Shown here: positions 37,301-51,237 of the stretch, piece after piece
How the letters are laid out: every line of letters begins with the position of its first letter
Position numbering within the stretch: the stretch's first letter is position 1
Source: Mobula hypostoma
Lineage: Eukaryota
Direction: 5' to 3'
Length of the DNA: 64,000 nucleotides
Assembly (NCBI RefSeq): GCF_963921235.1
Contig: NC_086101.1
Coordinates: 2,978,001 to 3,042,000 of the forward strand
The notes under the pieces: model-generated
Told to the model about the DNA's origin: nothing
Databases searched by the model: none
The model's input: the letters and a program-made list of their open reading frames with translations, nothing else
Position numbers and translations under genes: made by a program

Positions 37301-40300
37301 ATTGGCCTTTATTAATCAAAGTATTGAGTATAAGAGCTGGAAAGTTATGATGAGGTTGTATAAGGCATTGGTGAGGCCGAATCTGGAGTATTGTGTTCAG
37401 TTTTGGTCACCAAATTACAGGAAGGATATAAATAATGTTGAAAGAGTGCAGAGAAGGTTTATAAGGATGTTGCCGGGACTTGAGAAACTCAGTTACAGAG
37501 AAAGGTTGAATAGGTTAGGACTTTATTCCCTGGAGCGTAGAAGAATGAGAGGAGATTTGATAGAGGTATATAAAATTATGATGGGTATAGATAGAGTGAA
37601 TGCAAGCAGGCTTTTTCCACTGAGGCAAGGGGAGAAAAAAACCAGAGGACATGGGTTAAGGGTGAGGGGGGAAACATTTAAAGGGAACATTAGGGGGGGC
37701 TTCTTCACACACAGAGTGGTGGGAGTATGGAATGAGCTGCCAGACGAGGTGGTAAATGCGGGTTCTTTTTTAACATTTAAGAATAAATTGGACAGATACA
37801 TGGATGGGAGGTGTATGGAGGGATATGGTCCGTGTGCAGGTCAGTGGGACTAGGCAGAAAATGGTTTGGCACCGCCTAGAAGGGCCAAAAGGCCTGTTTC
37901 TGTGCTGTAGTTTCTATGGTTTCTATGGCAGAAAAGATTACTTTCGGTTTAATTAACATGGTTGCCAAACATTTTTTCAACTGCGTCATTCCCTTCTTTT
38001 TCCCTGGGGATTATGGGTGGCTTTTACCTCTGCGTCATTTTACGTGTTTCCTTCGAGGCCTTAAACTTTGTAGTTTTCAAACGTACTTTTTGTAGTTTTT
38101 CCTTACTAGTCTATGTTAATTATCATTTGCTTTTGTTTGTTTAATTATAGGGTCTGTTGTTCGTTAACGGTTTTCTTTATATTTAATGGCTTTTTCTTTG
38201 TGTGTTTTAATCGGTGTACTTTTTTTCTCATTCTTCTAATGTTTTATAACTTGAGCTGATCTTTTTATATATACACTTTTTTTTAGTGAGCGTATATCGG
38301 AAGTCGTGGGGGTAGTTTTAGTGCTTACTTCTTTCTGGCTGGTCTGTTTTAGATTTAGCTTTGGGGATACGGGGGGGTGGGGGTGGGGTTTCACTTTTTA
38401 GTTTTTTTCTTTTTGGGCTATTTACATTACCGAAGCATTGGTCACGTCCTCCTTCCTGTTATCTCTTGTTTGTTCTGTTCCCTTTCCGGGTTCGTGGGTC
38501 GAACCTATTGTCAATCCTTTTTTCTGCTGGTTGACTTTAGGGTTTATGGAGCCCGCTATTAATTTTCTGTCTTGGAATACTAACGGTCTTAATCATCCAA
38601 TTAAAAGGAAAAAAGTTTTTGAAGTATTCCAGAGACTTAATGCACATGTTTTATTCTTACAAGAGACCCATGTGCGGAGGGGGGACAGACTACGTTTTTT
38701 TAAATTCTGGAAGGGTCAACACTTCCGTTCGAATTCTAACGCTAAGATTCGAGGTGTCTCTATTTTTATAGACCCCTCAGTTACTTTTGTACAACACGAT
38801 ATTATTTCCGATCCGAATGGTAGATTTTTATTGGTTAGTGGCCTACTCTTTAATAAAAAGGTAGTTTTAGTTAATATTTATGCTCCCAACCTGGACTGTC
38901 TGGAATTTTATAAATCATTATTTAATCTGTTCCCGAATTTGAATGAGTTTTCACTAATCTGGGGCGGGGATCTTAATACTTGTTTATCCCCAGCTTTGGA
39001 CCGTTCGGCTCCTTTACGGACCTTACCCAATAAATCTGCAACTTTGATTAACTCATTCCTTTCAGATTCCGGGTCGATGGACACTTGGCGTTTTCTGCAT
39101 CCTCAGGAAAAAGATTTTTCTTTTTTTTCACATGTTCACCATTCCTATTCAAGAATTGATTTTTTTTTATTGACTCTCGTCTTATTTCTTCAGTGATTAA
39201 ATGTGATTATGACTCTATAACCAATTTAGACCATGCTCCACTTAAGCTTTCTATTAAAATTCAGGCCAATACACAAAATAATAGACAATGGCGTTTTAAT
39301 TCGTTGTTGCTTCAGGACTCGGACTTTGTTAACTTCATGAATGAACAGATTGATCTCTTTTTTACAATTAACTATACAGAAGATATTTCTGTGAACATCC
39401 TTTGGGATACTTTTAAAGCTTATATTCGTGGTCAGATTATCTCGTACTCTGCCGCTTTGAGGAAGAAGCTGAAGCAGGAGGAGCTGGTAACTGTGGACAA
39501 GATTAAGGAAGTTGATAAGAAATATGCTACCGCTCCCTCTGAGAAGTTGTATAAACAAAGAACTGAACTTCAAATGGAACACAGTTTATTACTTGCGTCC
39601 TCGATTGCAAATCAATTAATGAAAACAAGAAGTGAATTTTATGTACATAGTGACAAAGTTGGTAAACTGTTGGCTAATCAGTTGAAGACTAATTATACTA
39701 AATTTCAAATTAATCAGATTTATAATCAAAATGATCAACTGATACTTGATCAAGCTGGGATTAATCAATCCTTTTTTGATTTTTATTCTTCCTTATATCA
39801 ATCAGAGTCTCCACCAGACTCTAAATATATGTATGACTTTTTAGATAACCTAAATTTCCCTAAGATTTCACAGGATGTATCTTCTATGTTAGATACTCCC
39901 ATTACCACTGATGAGATTAAGAATGTTATTTTTTCTATGAACCTGGGGAAAGCCCCTGGCCCTGACGGGTTTACGGTGGAATTTTACAGATTGTTTGCAC
40001 CTTTATTAATCCCTTGGTTATTTAGGGTTCTGGAGACTTCATTAAAACTCGGTAAACTTCCCGAATCCTTCTATAGAGCGTTGATTTCTTTAATATTAAA
40101 GAAGGATAAAGATCCTGCTCAATGTGCATCTTATAGACTAATATCTTTATTAAATGTTGACTCTAAAATTTTTTCTAAATTATTAGCAAACAGATTAGAA
40201 AAAGCACTTCCTCATATTATTTCGGAAGACCAAACGGGTTTTATTAAAGGTCATTACTCTTTTTATAATATTCGCACACTGTTAAATATTGTTTATACTC

Positions 40301-42705
40301 CTTCACAAAACGATCCTGAGTGTGTCATTTCCTTAGATGCTGAAAAAGCCTTTGACAGAGTTGAATGGCCTTACTTATTTAAGGTGCTTGAAATGTTTAA
40401 TTTCAGCTCGAAATTTGTATCCTGGATCAAATTGTTATATCATTCTCCTATGGCCTCAGTTCGTACTAACTCTTTAAGTTCACCTTTTTTCCCTCTTTCT
40501 CGAGGTACTAGACAAGGTTGTCCTCTTAGTCCTTTATTATTTGATATTGCATTAGAACCTCTTGCAATTGCTATTCGACAATCTCCAAATATTATTGGGA
40601 TAACTCGGGGCCTAAAGTCCCATAAAATATCACTCTATGCTGATGACTTACTTTTATATATTTCTAATCCTCAAAAATCTATCCCTGCTGCTTTAGATCT
40701 ATTAGCACAATTCAGTCTTTTTTCCGGTTACAAGTTGAATCTCAGCAAGAGTGAACTTTTCCTGATTAGTAAGCAACTTCCCTTGTATCATAACCTTCCA
40801 TTTAAATTGATTAATAACCATTTTTCATATCTTGGGATTAAAATCACCTGTAAACAAAGACTTATTTAAGACTAATTTCCTACCTTTAATTGATCATATT
40901 ACTCAACTTTCATTTAAATGGTCTCCATTATATTTAACTTTGATTGGTCATATTAATGCAGTTAAGATGTTTTTTCTGCCAAAATTTTTATATGTATTTC
41001 AGGCACTACCGATTTTTGTTCCAAAATCCTTTTTTGACAAAGTTGACTCTAAAATGTCTTCATTTATTTGGCAAAATAAAAACCCGAGATTGGGTAAAAT
41101 ACATTTACAGAAAGCTAAGAGAGGTGGAGGTTTGGTATTACCTAACTTTAGATTCTATTATTGGGCAATTAATATTCGAAACATGAATTTTGGTTACTTG
41201 ACCAAGATACACTATCCATTCCTGAATGGGTAGTATTGGAATTACAATCTGCTCAAGGTTATGCACTTGGCTCCATTTTAGGTTCTTCTCTTCCTTTTGA
41301 CTTGAAACGCCTCAAACAGGTCTGTAACCCGATAGTTAAATATACCTTGCGTATTTGGTTTCAATTCCGAAAATTTTTTGATCTTAATCAATTTGGGCTT
41401 GCGATTCCTATTTTAGGTAACATATTCTTTCCTCCTTCTTCTACGGATCGTGCTTTTCAAATTTGGAAGACTAAGGGCATTTCACGGTTTTTGGATTTAT
41501 TTTTAGATGGCTCCCTCATGTCCTTTGAACAATTATCTAATAAATATAACTTACCGAGAATACATTTTTTTAGATATCTACAAGTTGGAAATTTCCTAAG
41601 TACTATGCTTTCTTCCTTTCCAACACTACCTCCTACATAAATTTTAGATACTATAATTAACCTTAATCCATGTCAGAAAGGTGCATCGGCTATGATTTAT
41701 AATATTATTATGAAACTTAGGAAAGCTCCATTTGATAAGATTAGGGTAGATTGGGAACAGGAATTGGGGTCTATCATTTCCGTGGATGACTGGGGGCAGA
41801 TTTTACAATTAGTCAATACTTCCTCTATCTGTGCTAAACATTCCCTAATTCAATTTAAAGTTGTTCATAGAGCACATATGTCCAAAGATAAATTAGCTCA
41901 TTTTTATTCTCATATTAATCCTCTTTGTGACAGATGTCATGGGGAGATAGCCTCTTTAACTCATATGTTTTGGTCTTGCCCTACTCTCGAAACTTTTTGG
42001 AGAGATATTTTTAATATTATCTCAAAGGTGTTGAATGTAAATATCTCTCCCCATCCTATTACTGCTATCTTTGGATTACCTAAAATTTCCAGTAATCTTT
42101 CTCCCTCAGCCCGTAGAATGATTGCATTTCTTACTTTAATGGCGAAAAGATGTATTTTACAACATTGGAAAGAGACTAATGTTCCACCTATGTTCTTTTG
42201 GTTTTCCCAGATGATACTATGCTTAAATTTGGAGAAAATTAGAAGTAACCTTTATGATTCTTCAGCTAAATTTGAACAGACCTGGAGATCTTTTATTCAA
42301 CATTTTCATTTAATGTAATTTTTTTTCTCTCTCTTGGTTCATATTTACATTCCCTTCTTGCTTTTTAACTGTTTTTAATGGAGGTCGGGTTTGAGGACGT
42401 GATTGTTTTAAGTTGTTTAACTCTACTTGATTCCTGGTTAGCCCATTGCTTTGCTTTTGCTTTTTAGATTAGTTGCACGGTGGTTTTTTTGGGGGGCGTT
42501 TTTTGGGTTTTTTTTTCCTTTTCTTATTGATATAGATAAAAATTAGTATACTATTATACTACCTAGTTATTTTATACTTAAACGGCACTCTTCGTACTAA
42601 TTTTTTCTGTATTAATATTTCCTGTAAAGTTATATTGTAAGTGTATTAGTGCCTATATGGTTTACCATTTTGTGTACTAATTTAATTAAAAGATTTTTTT
42701 TAAAA
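34312..42705 (+). mobile_element. 5'-truncated L1-clade LINE (ORF1 C-terminus 34346-34642; frameshifted ORF2 38546-42318; A-rich end)
   Basis: LLYPARLRI ORF1 motif; SWNTNGLN, LQETH, NIYAPN, GTRQGCPLSP, LYADD, CDRC...HMFWSC. Confidence 0.92.
34724..37926 (+). mobile_element. CR1 (second family) inserted in the L1 inter-ORF spacer
   Basis: ORF1 end, APE and RT (FADD) with a few lesions; candidate TSD GGCAG at 34719-23 / 37927-31. Confidence 0.92.
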
Positions 42706-45700
42706 ATCCATGCTGAATTTGTCGAATAATTTCACTGCTTTCCAAATGTGCTGTTATCACATCTTTGATAACTGATTCTACCACTTTCCCCACCACTGAT
42801 GTTAGGCTAACCGGTCTATAATTCCCCAGTTTCTCTCTCCTTTTTTAGAAAACGGGGTTACATTAGCCACCCTTCAATCCTCAGGAGCTTGTCTAGAATC
42901 TAAAGAGTTTTGAAAAATTATCACTAATGCATCCACTATTTCTTGGGCTACTTCCTTAAGCACTCTGGGATGCAGACCATCTGGCCCTGGAGATTTATCT
43001 GCCTTTAATCCCTTCAATTTACCTAACACCACTTCCCTACTAACATGTATTTCCCTCAGTTCCTCCATCTCATTGGACCCTCTGTCCCCTACTATTTCCG
43101 GAAGATTATTTATGTCCTCCTCAGTGAAGACAGAACCAAAGTAGTTATTCAATTGGTCTGCCCTGTCCTTGCTCCCCATAATCAATTCACCTGTTTCTGT
43201 CTGTAGGGGACCTACATTTGTCTTAACCAATCTTTTTCTTTTCACATATCTGTAAAAGCTTTTACAGTCAGTTTTTATGTTCCTTGCCAGTTTTCTCTCA
43301 TAATCTTTTTTCCCTTCCTTATTAAGCCCTTTGTCCTCCTCCGCTGGATTCTGAATTTCTCCTAGTCCTCAGGTGAGCCACTTCTTCTGGCTAATTTGTA
43401 TGCTTCTTCTTTGGAATTGATACTATCCCTAATTTCCCTTGTCAGCCACGGGTGCACTACCTTCCCTGATTTATTCTTTTGCCAAACTGGGATGAACAAT
43501 TGTTGTAGTTCATCCATGCGATCTTTAAATACTTGCCATTGCATATCCACCATCAACCCTTTAAGTGTCATTTGCCAGTCTATCTCAGCTAATTCACGTC
43601 TCATACCTTCAAAGTTACTCTTCTTTAAGTTCAGAACCTTTGTTTCTGAATTAACTATGTCACTCTCCATCTTACTGAAGAATTCCACCATATTATGGTC
43701 ACTCTTACCCAAGGGGCCTCTCATGACAAGATTGCTAATGAACCCTTCCTCATTGCTTAATACCCAGTCTAGAATAGCCTGCTCTCTAGTTGGTTCCTCG
43801 ACATGTTGGTTCAAAAAACCATCCCGCATACATTTCAAGAAATCCTCTTCCTCAGCACCTTTACCAATTTGGTTCACCCAATCTACATGTAGATTGAAGT
43901 CACCCATTATAACTGCTGTTCCTTTATTGCACACATTTCTAATTTCCTGTTTAATACCATCTCCGACCTTACTACTACTGTTAGGTGGCCTGTACACAAC
44001 TCCCACCAGCGTTTTCTGCCCCTTAGTGTTATGCAGCTCTACCCAATATGATTCAAAATCCTCCCAGCTAATATCCTTCTTTTCTATTGCGTTAATCTCC
44101 TCTCTAACCAGCAATGCTACCCCACCTCCTTTTCTTTCATGTCTGTCCCTCCTGAATATCGAATATCCCTGAATGTTGAGCTCCCATCCTTGGTCACCCT
44201 GGAGCCATGTCTCTGTGATCCCAACTATATCATAATCATTAATAACAATCTGCACTTTCAATTCATCCACCTTGTTATGAATGCTCCTTGCATTGACACA
44301 CAAAGCCTTCAGGCGCTCTTTTACAACTCTCTTAGCCCTTATACAATTATGTTGAAAAGTGGCCCTTTTTGATGCTTGCCCTGGATTTGTCGGCCTGCCA
44401 CTTTTACTTTTCTCCTTACTACTTTTTGCTTCTACCCTCATTTTACACCCCTCTGTCTCTCTGCACTGGTTCCCATCCCCCTGTTGTGAACTAATCTCCT
44501 CTCTCCTCATCTCTTTAATTTGATTCCCACCCCCCAACCATTCTAGTTTAAAGTCACTTCAGTAGCCCTCGCTAATCTCCCTGCCAGGATATTGGTCCCC
44601 CTTGGATTCAAGTGTAACCCGTCCTTTTTGTACAGGTCACGCCTGCGCCAAAAGAGGTCCCAATGATCCAAAAACTTGAATCCCTGCCCCCTGCTCCAAT
44701 CCCTCAGCCACGCATTTATCCTCCACCTAATTGCATTCCTACTCTCACTGTCGCGTGGCACAGGCAGTAATCCCGAGATTACTACCTTTGCAGTCCTTTT
44801 TCTCAACTCCCTATTATCTCCTTTCAGGACCTCTTCCCTTTTCCTACGTATGTCATTGGTACCTATATGTACCACGACCTCTGGCTCTTCACCCTCCCAC
44901 TTCAGGATATCTTGGACACGATCAGAAATATCCCGGACCCTTGCACCAGGGAGGCAAACTACCATCCGGGTCTCTGGACTGCATCCACAGAATCGCCTAC
45001 CTGACCCCCTTACTATCGAGTCCCCTATCACAACTGCCCTCCTCTTCTTTGCCCTACCCTTCTGAGCTACAGGGCCAGACTCTGTGCCGGAGGCACGGCC
45101 ACTGTCGCTTCCCCCAGGTAAGCTGTCCCCCCCAACAGTATTCAAACAGGAGTACCTATTGTTAAGGGGCACAGCCACCGGGGTACTCCCTATTACCTGA
45201 CTCTTCCCCTTCCCCCTCCTAACCGTGACCCACTTGTCTGCCTCCCGTGGCCCCAGTGTGACCACCTGCCTGTAACTCCTCTCTATCAACTCCTCACTCT
45301 CCCTGACCAGACGAAGGTCATTGAGCTGCAGCTCCAGTTCCGTAACGCGGTCCCTTAGGAGCTGCATCTCGGCGCACCTGGCGCAGATGTGGACGTCCGG
45401 GAGGCTTGGAGACTCCAGGGCCTCCCACATCCGACACCGAGAACAACAAACTGCCCTCACACTCATACTGCCCCTCTCCTCAAATAACAACAGAAAATGA
45501 ACACCAAGCCTTCTTTGCCTCGCCCGTTTCCACCCAAGCCCGTTGAGCAGAAGCCCTTAAGCCTTCACTCCGCTCCCGGCTCACTCCGCAACCCACAAAC
45601 TACGCTGCCCGCCGTCTGTCTGTCTGTATCTTGTTTTACGGCGGTTGGCATCCAGCTTAATGGTGCATTACCGCCACCCTCTGCTTCAGAATATGCACTA

Positions 45701-46183
45701 GACATACATTCTAAATCCCTTCACCCAATCTCTCACACACACACAAACCTACACTTCACCCTCCCATCTTTGACCATCCTAGTATCCTATTCCTGTTTAT
45801 TCGTCATATTCTATAAAAAACCCCTGTACCCCTTAAAAACGCTAAAAATACCCGGACTTGTGCTCTCTCACCCATGCCCAGCAACCCTTTTAATGTGAAT
45901 TCCTGCATCCCCAACTCCCTTAATTTAATTCTCACTATCTCTCTCTGTCTCCCATACTTCCTGCAACACAAAACTACATGTTCTACTGACTCCTCTTCCT
46001 GACATTCCTCACACAATCCTGTCTGGTGTTTCCCTATCATGTAGGAGACTCTGTTCGTTTTAAATCTGCCGCGCTTCACTGCCCGCCGTCACACGCCTGC
46101 GCAGTCCCGCCTCTCTGAACGCCGATGGGAAAAACTGAAACATTCAAAAGTGGCCCCGCTCCGACTCTCAGACTTCCTTCTCC
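42706..46183 (-). mobile_element. 3'-truncated CR1 (5' UTR, ORF1, APE, start of RT) with nested Nimb-like 3' fragment at about 45612-46043
   Basis: ORF1 44543-45490 and ORF2 part 43362-44537; the nested piece matches 10343-10775. Confidence 0.9.
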
Positions 46184-47029
46184 GACTGACCGCCAACCCT
46201 AATTATTCAGAGATCCGCCCCAGAAGCCCTCGACACCCAATTCCACCCTTGTGAGCAATTAACCTTCTAACCAGGACCTCTTTACCCGGAGGAAACCCGG
46301 ACGGTCCTGGGCAGAACCGATTAACTCCTTACAGACCGCGGTGGGACTTGAACCCGGCTCTCGGCGCTACGCGAACCACTATACTACCGCGGATAGCGAG
46401 TTCCCAGCGGGGCTGCGGGTCCGTGAGGGACGCCGTCAATGCGCGGGAGAGGGAGCGCAGGGTGCCCGGGATAATGGTCACTCACCGGTCCGCGGACACG
46501 CTCCACTCACGGTCTGATCCTGTTTCACAGCAGCCCGCGCCCCGTGATGATCTGAAATTGAATATCCCCGCAAACAACAGGAATTCTGCAGATGCTGGAA
46601 ATTCAAGCAACATACATCAAAGTTGCTGGTGAACGCTTTTTTTTTATAAAATGGTGAAAATAAAGCGGTGGGGGCCAGGTGGTGGGCATCCTACAGATGC
46701 TGCTTGGCCTGCTGCGTTCACCAGCAACTTTGATGTGTGTTGCAGTAAACACAGACTGCTGGAGGAACTCAGCAGGTCAGGCAGAGCACAGTGAGGTCTC
46801 CGTCGGTCAGTGTCGACCATGGATGTTGCGTCCGACTTGTCCGGATACGCGAGCCGGGGCAGTACAATACAGAGAGCAATCTGCTGCCCGTGTAGCAGCC
46901 CCGCAGCCGCCCCCACCCCTCTCCACACAACGGCAGAGACCGATCCAGGCAGAGACTCTCACCAGCAGCGTCGCAACAGTCGCCTGTCAGCGTCCAACTC
47001 ATCGCGGACTGCCTGGAGCTCAAATGGAT

Positions 47030-48200
47030 CACTTGTGTTGACAGCTCATTCCACACTCTCACGACCCTCTGAATGAAGAAGTTTCCCCTCATATTCCCTT
47101 TAGACTTCTCACCCATCACGCTTAACCCATGACCTCTCGTTGTAGTCCCACCCTCCCTCAGTAGAAAAGCCTGCTTGCATTTACCCTAAATATACCCCTC
47201 ATAATCTGTATACCTCATCAAATCCCCTCTCAATCTTCTACGCTGTAAAGAATAAAGTCCTAATCTTTCCTGAGAACTCAGACCTGGCATCATTCTTGTC
47301 AATTTTCTCTGTGCTCTTTCAAACTTTATTACATCTTTCCTGTATGTAAGTGACCAAAACTGCACATAATATTCCAAATTAGGCTTCACCAACGGCTTAA
47401 CAGCCCATCTCTTGAACAATAAAACTTTGATTTATGAAGGCCAATGTGACAAAAGTTTTCTTCACGACCCAGTCTACCTGTGACGCTACTTTCAGTGAAT
47501 TATGGACCTCTATTACCAGACCCCTTTGTTCTACCACAGTCCCCAGTGCTCTACTGTTCGCTGTGTAAGACCTACTATGGTTTGTCCTACCGAAATGAAA
47601 ACAGCTTGCACCTGCCGCCATTAAATTCCATCTGACACTTTTCAGCTGACCCAGATCCTGCTCAAGCTCTGATGGTCGTCCTTGACCTGACCACACACCA
47701 GCCATGCTGACGATCCGTAATCAGCCCCCGTCTATCCAAATGCCAATATCCGATGCCTTAGAATATCTTCCAATAACTTTCCCACCAATGATGTCAGACT
47801 CACTAGCCTGTAATTTCCTGGTTTATGTTTAGAGCCTTTTTTGAGCAGCCGAACAACACTGGCTGACAGAACTGCCAATCCTACCCCTCCACAACAGCAG
47901 CCGACAGAGTACCTCTCTCGTTGGGACACACCTGGAGTCTGGTTTTGCTGTTAACTAACACTATTTTATTAGTAACTACATAATAAAGTAACATAAAACC
48001 AGATAAATCAAGCAGCCAAACAATATTGGCGATCCTCCAATCCTCTCGTACCTCTCTCATTGCTGAGGATGATTTAAATATCTCTGCTGTGGCTCCAGCA
48101 GTTTCTGCATTTGCCTCCCGTGGGGTCTGAGGGAGCTTCTTCTCAGGCTCTGGGGATTTATCCACCCTGACTTGCCACAGGACAGTAAGCACCTGCTTAT
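47030..48200 (-). mobile_element. Old degraded CR1 fragments
   Basis: LVKPNLEYYVQFWS, PGNYRLVSLTSLVGKLLE and VDKSPEPE remnants. Confidence 0.7.
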
Positions 48201-48269
48201 CTGTATGGGGTCTATGAAGCTGGTGTCGCTTTGCCTCGCTTCTGTAGAATCTGTGCCTGGCTTCAAGTG

Positions 48270-50640
48270 GACGGGGCCTGGGAAGTGAATATTCAAGGGT
48301 ATATATCCTATCGAAAGGACAGACTGATGGGCAGAGGGGGTGGGGTGGCTCTGTTGGTGAGGAACGAAATTCAGTCCCTTGCGAGGGGGGACACAGAATC
48401 AGGAGACGTAGAGTCAGTATGGATAGAACTGAGAAATTGTAAGGGTAGAAAGACACTAATGGGAGTTATCTACAGGCCCCCAAACAGTAGTCTGGATGTA
48501 GGGTGTAAGTTAAATAAAGAGTTAAAATTGGCATGTCGCAAAGGTAATGCTACAGTTGTTATGGGGGATTTCAACATGCAGGTAGACTGAAGGAATCAGG
48601 TTGGTGCAGGACCCCAAGAAAGGGAGTTTGCGGAGTGCCTCCGAGATGGATTCTTAGAACAGCTTGTACTGGAGCCTACCAGAGGGAAGGCAATTCTAAA
48701 TTTAGTGTTGTGTAATGAACCGGATTTGATCAGGGACCTCGAGGTAAAGGAGCCATTAGAAGGTAGTGACCATAATATGTTAAGTTTTAATCTACAATTT
48801 GAGAGGGAGAAGAGAAACTCGGAAGTGTCAGTATTACAGTTGAACAAAGGGAACTATGGTGCTACGAGGGAGGAGCTGGCCAAAGTTCAATGGAACAATA
48901 CCCTAGCGGGGATGACAGTGGAACAGCAATGGCAAGTGTTTCTGGGAATAATGCGGAAGGTGCAGGATCAGTTCGTTCCAAAGAGGAAGAAAGATCCTAA
49001 GGGGAGTAAGGGGAGACCGTGGCTGACAAGGGAAGTAATGGACAGTATAAAAATAAATAAGAAAATGTATAACATAGCAAAGACAAGTGGGAAGTCGGAG
49101 GATTGGGAAACTTTTAAAGAGCAACAGAAGGTAACTAAAAAGGCAATACATGGAGAAAAAAATGAGGTACGACGGTAAACTAGCCAAGAATATAAAGGAG
49201 GATAGTAAAAGCTTCTTGAGGTATGTGAAAAGGAAAAAAATAGTTAAGATCAAAATTGGGCCCTTGAAGACAGAAGCAGGTGAATTTATTATGGGGAACA
49301 AGGAAATGGCAGACGATTTGAACAGGTGCTTTGGATCTGTCTTCACTAGGGAAGACACAAACAATTTCCCAGGTATAATAGTGGCCAAAGGACCTAGGGT
49401 AATGGATGAACTAGAGGAAATTTATATTAGGCAGGAAATGGTGTTGGATAGGCTGTTGGGTCTGAAGGCTGATAAGTCTCCGGGACCTGATGGTCTGCAC
49501 CCCAGGGTACTTAAGGAGGTGGCTTTAGAAATCGTGGACGCATTGGTAATCATTTTCCAATGTTCTATAGATTCAGGATCAGTTCCTGTGGATTGGAGGG
49601 TGGCTAATGTTGTCCCCCTCTTCAAGAAGGAAGGAGGAGAGAAAACAGGGAATTATAGACCGGTTAGCCTGACGTCGGTGGTGGGAAAGATGCTGGAGTC
49701 AATTATAAAAGATGAAATTACGACACACCTGGATAGCAGTAACAGGATCAGTCTGAGTCAGCATGGATTTACGAAGGGGAAATCGTGCTTGACTAATCTT
49801 CTGGAATTTTTTGAGGATGTAACTATGAATGTAACGATGAGTCGACATTTCCACGGATGCTGTCCGACCTGCTGAGTTCCTCCAGCGTGTTGTGAGTGTT
49901 GCTTTGACCCCAGCATCTGCAGATTATTTTGTGTTCTTGTGCATCAGTCACTGAAAGCAAGCATGCAAGTACAGCAGGCAGTGAAGAAAGCTAATGGCAT
50001 GCTGGCCTTCATAACAAGGGGAATTGAATATAGGAGCAAAGAGGTCCTTCTGCAGCTGTACAGGGCCCTGGTGAGACCACACCTGGAGTAGTGTGTGCAG
50101 TTTTGGTCTCCAAATTTGAGGAAGGACATTCTTGCTAATGAGGGAGTGCAGCGTAGGTTCACAAGGTTAATTCCCAGGATGGCGGGACTGTCATATGTCG
50201 AAAGATTGGAGCGACTGGGCTTTTATATTCTGGAATTTAGAAGGCCGAGAGGGGATCTTATTGAAACATATAAGATTATTAAGGGATTGGACACGCAGGA
50301 GGCAGGAAGTATGTTCCCGCTGATGGGTGAGTCCAGAACCAGAGGCCACAGTTTAAGAACAAGGGGTAGGCCATTTAGAACGGAGTTGAGGAAAAACTTT
50401 ATCACCCAGAGAGTGTTGGATATATGGAATGCTCTGCCCCAGAAGGCTGTGGAGGCCAAGTCTCTGGATGCTTTCAAGAAAGAGATGGATAGAGCTCTTA
50501 AAGATAGTGGAATCAAAGGTTATGGGGATAAGGCAGGAACTGGATACTGATAGTGGATGATCAGCCATGATCACAGTGAATGGCGGTGCTGGATCGAAGG
50601 GGCGAATGGCCTACTCCTGCACCTATTGTCTATTGTCTCC
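48270..50640 (+). mobile_element. CR1 ORF2 (another subfamily) with internal deletion and small PLE-like insert (about 49831-49937)
   Basis: GGGVALLVR, YRPPN, MGDFN, KSPGPDG, QHGF and ORF2 C-terminus with (TATTGTC)n tail. Confidence 0.85.
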
Positions 50641-51237
50641 CGAGCAAATACAAATGCAAAAAAGTATTTAATATCCTCCCATCTCCTTTGGCTCCACACA
50701 TGGATTACCATTCTGATCTTGCAGAAAACCAATTTTGTCCATTGCGATCCTTCAGCTCTGAACCTATCTCCAGAGTCACCTAGGATTCTCCTTCACCCTG
50801 CCTGCTAGGGCAACTTTGTGCCTTCTTTTAGCCCTCCTGATTTTGTAAACATTCCCTAGTATTTCTCATGCTCCATAACTACCACATTTTTCCTACCTGC
50901 CGAAACCGACTATGCACTTATTTTTCTTAGCGAGGGTGTAATTATTTCCTGAAAATCAAGCTTCCCTACAGTTGTTATCATTACCTTTTGTTCTAACAGG
51001 CACATACAAGCTTTGTACTCACAAAATTGCACTTTGCAAGGCTTCCCACTTACTACGTATACCTTTCCCAGAAAAGAACCTCTTCCAATCCACACTTGCC
51101 AAATAATTTCTGAAACCGTCAAAACTGGCCTTTCTCCAATTTAGAATCTCAACCCGTGGACCAGACCTATCCTTTTCCATATTTAATTTGAAACTAATGA
51201 CATTGTGGTCACTAGGTGCCAAGTGTTCTCCTACATA
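50640..51237 (-). mobile_element. Old CR1 fragment
   Basis: SDHNVISFKLNMEKDRSGPRVEILNWRKA matches the 35.6-35.8 kb family. Confidence 0.7.

Larger units (their letters stand above)
30380..46530 (-). pseudogene. Gene C: probable pseudogene (TM 30380-30468, C2 30991-31242, V 33376-33735, exon 1 from 46486; signal/ATG exon and CCAAT promoter missing)
   Basis: Remaining exons are open with intact splice sites (C2 has a 9-nt in-frame deletion). No copy of the signal exon is found between 33736 and 46485. Confidence 0.75.
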
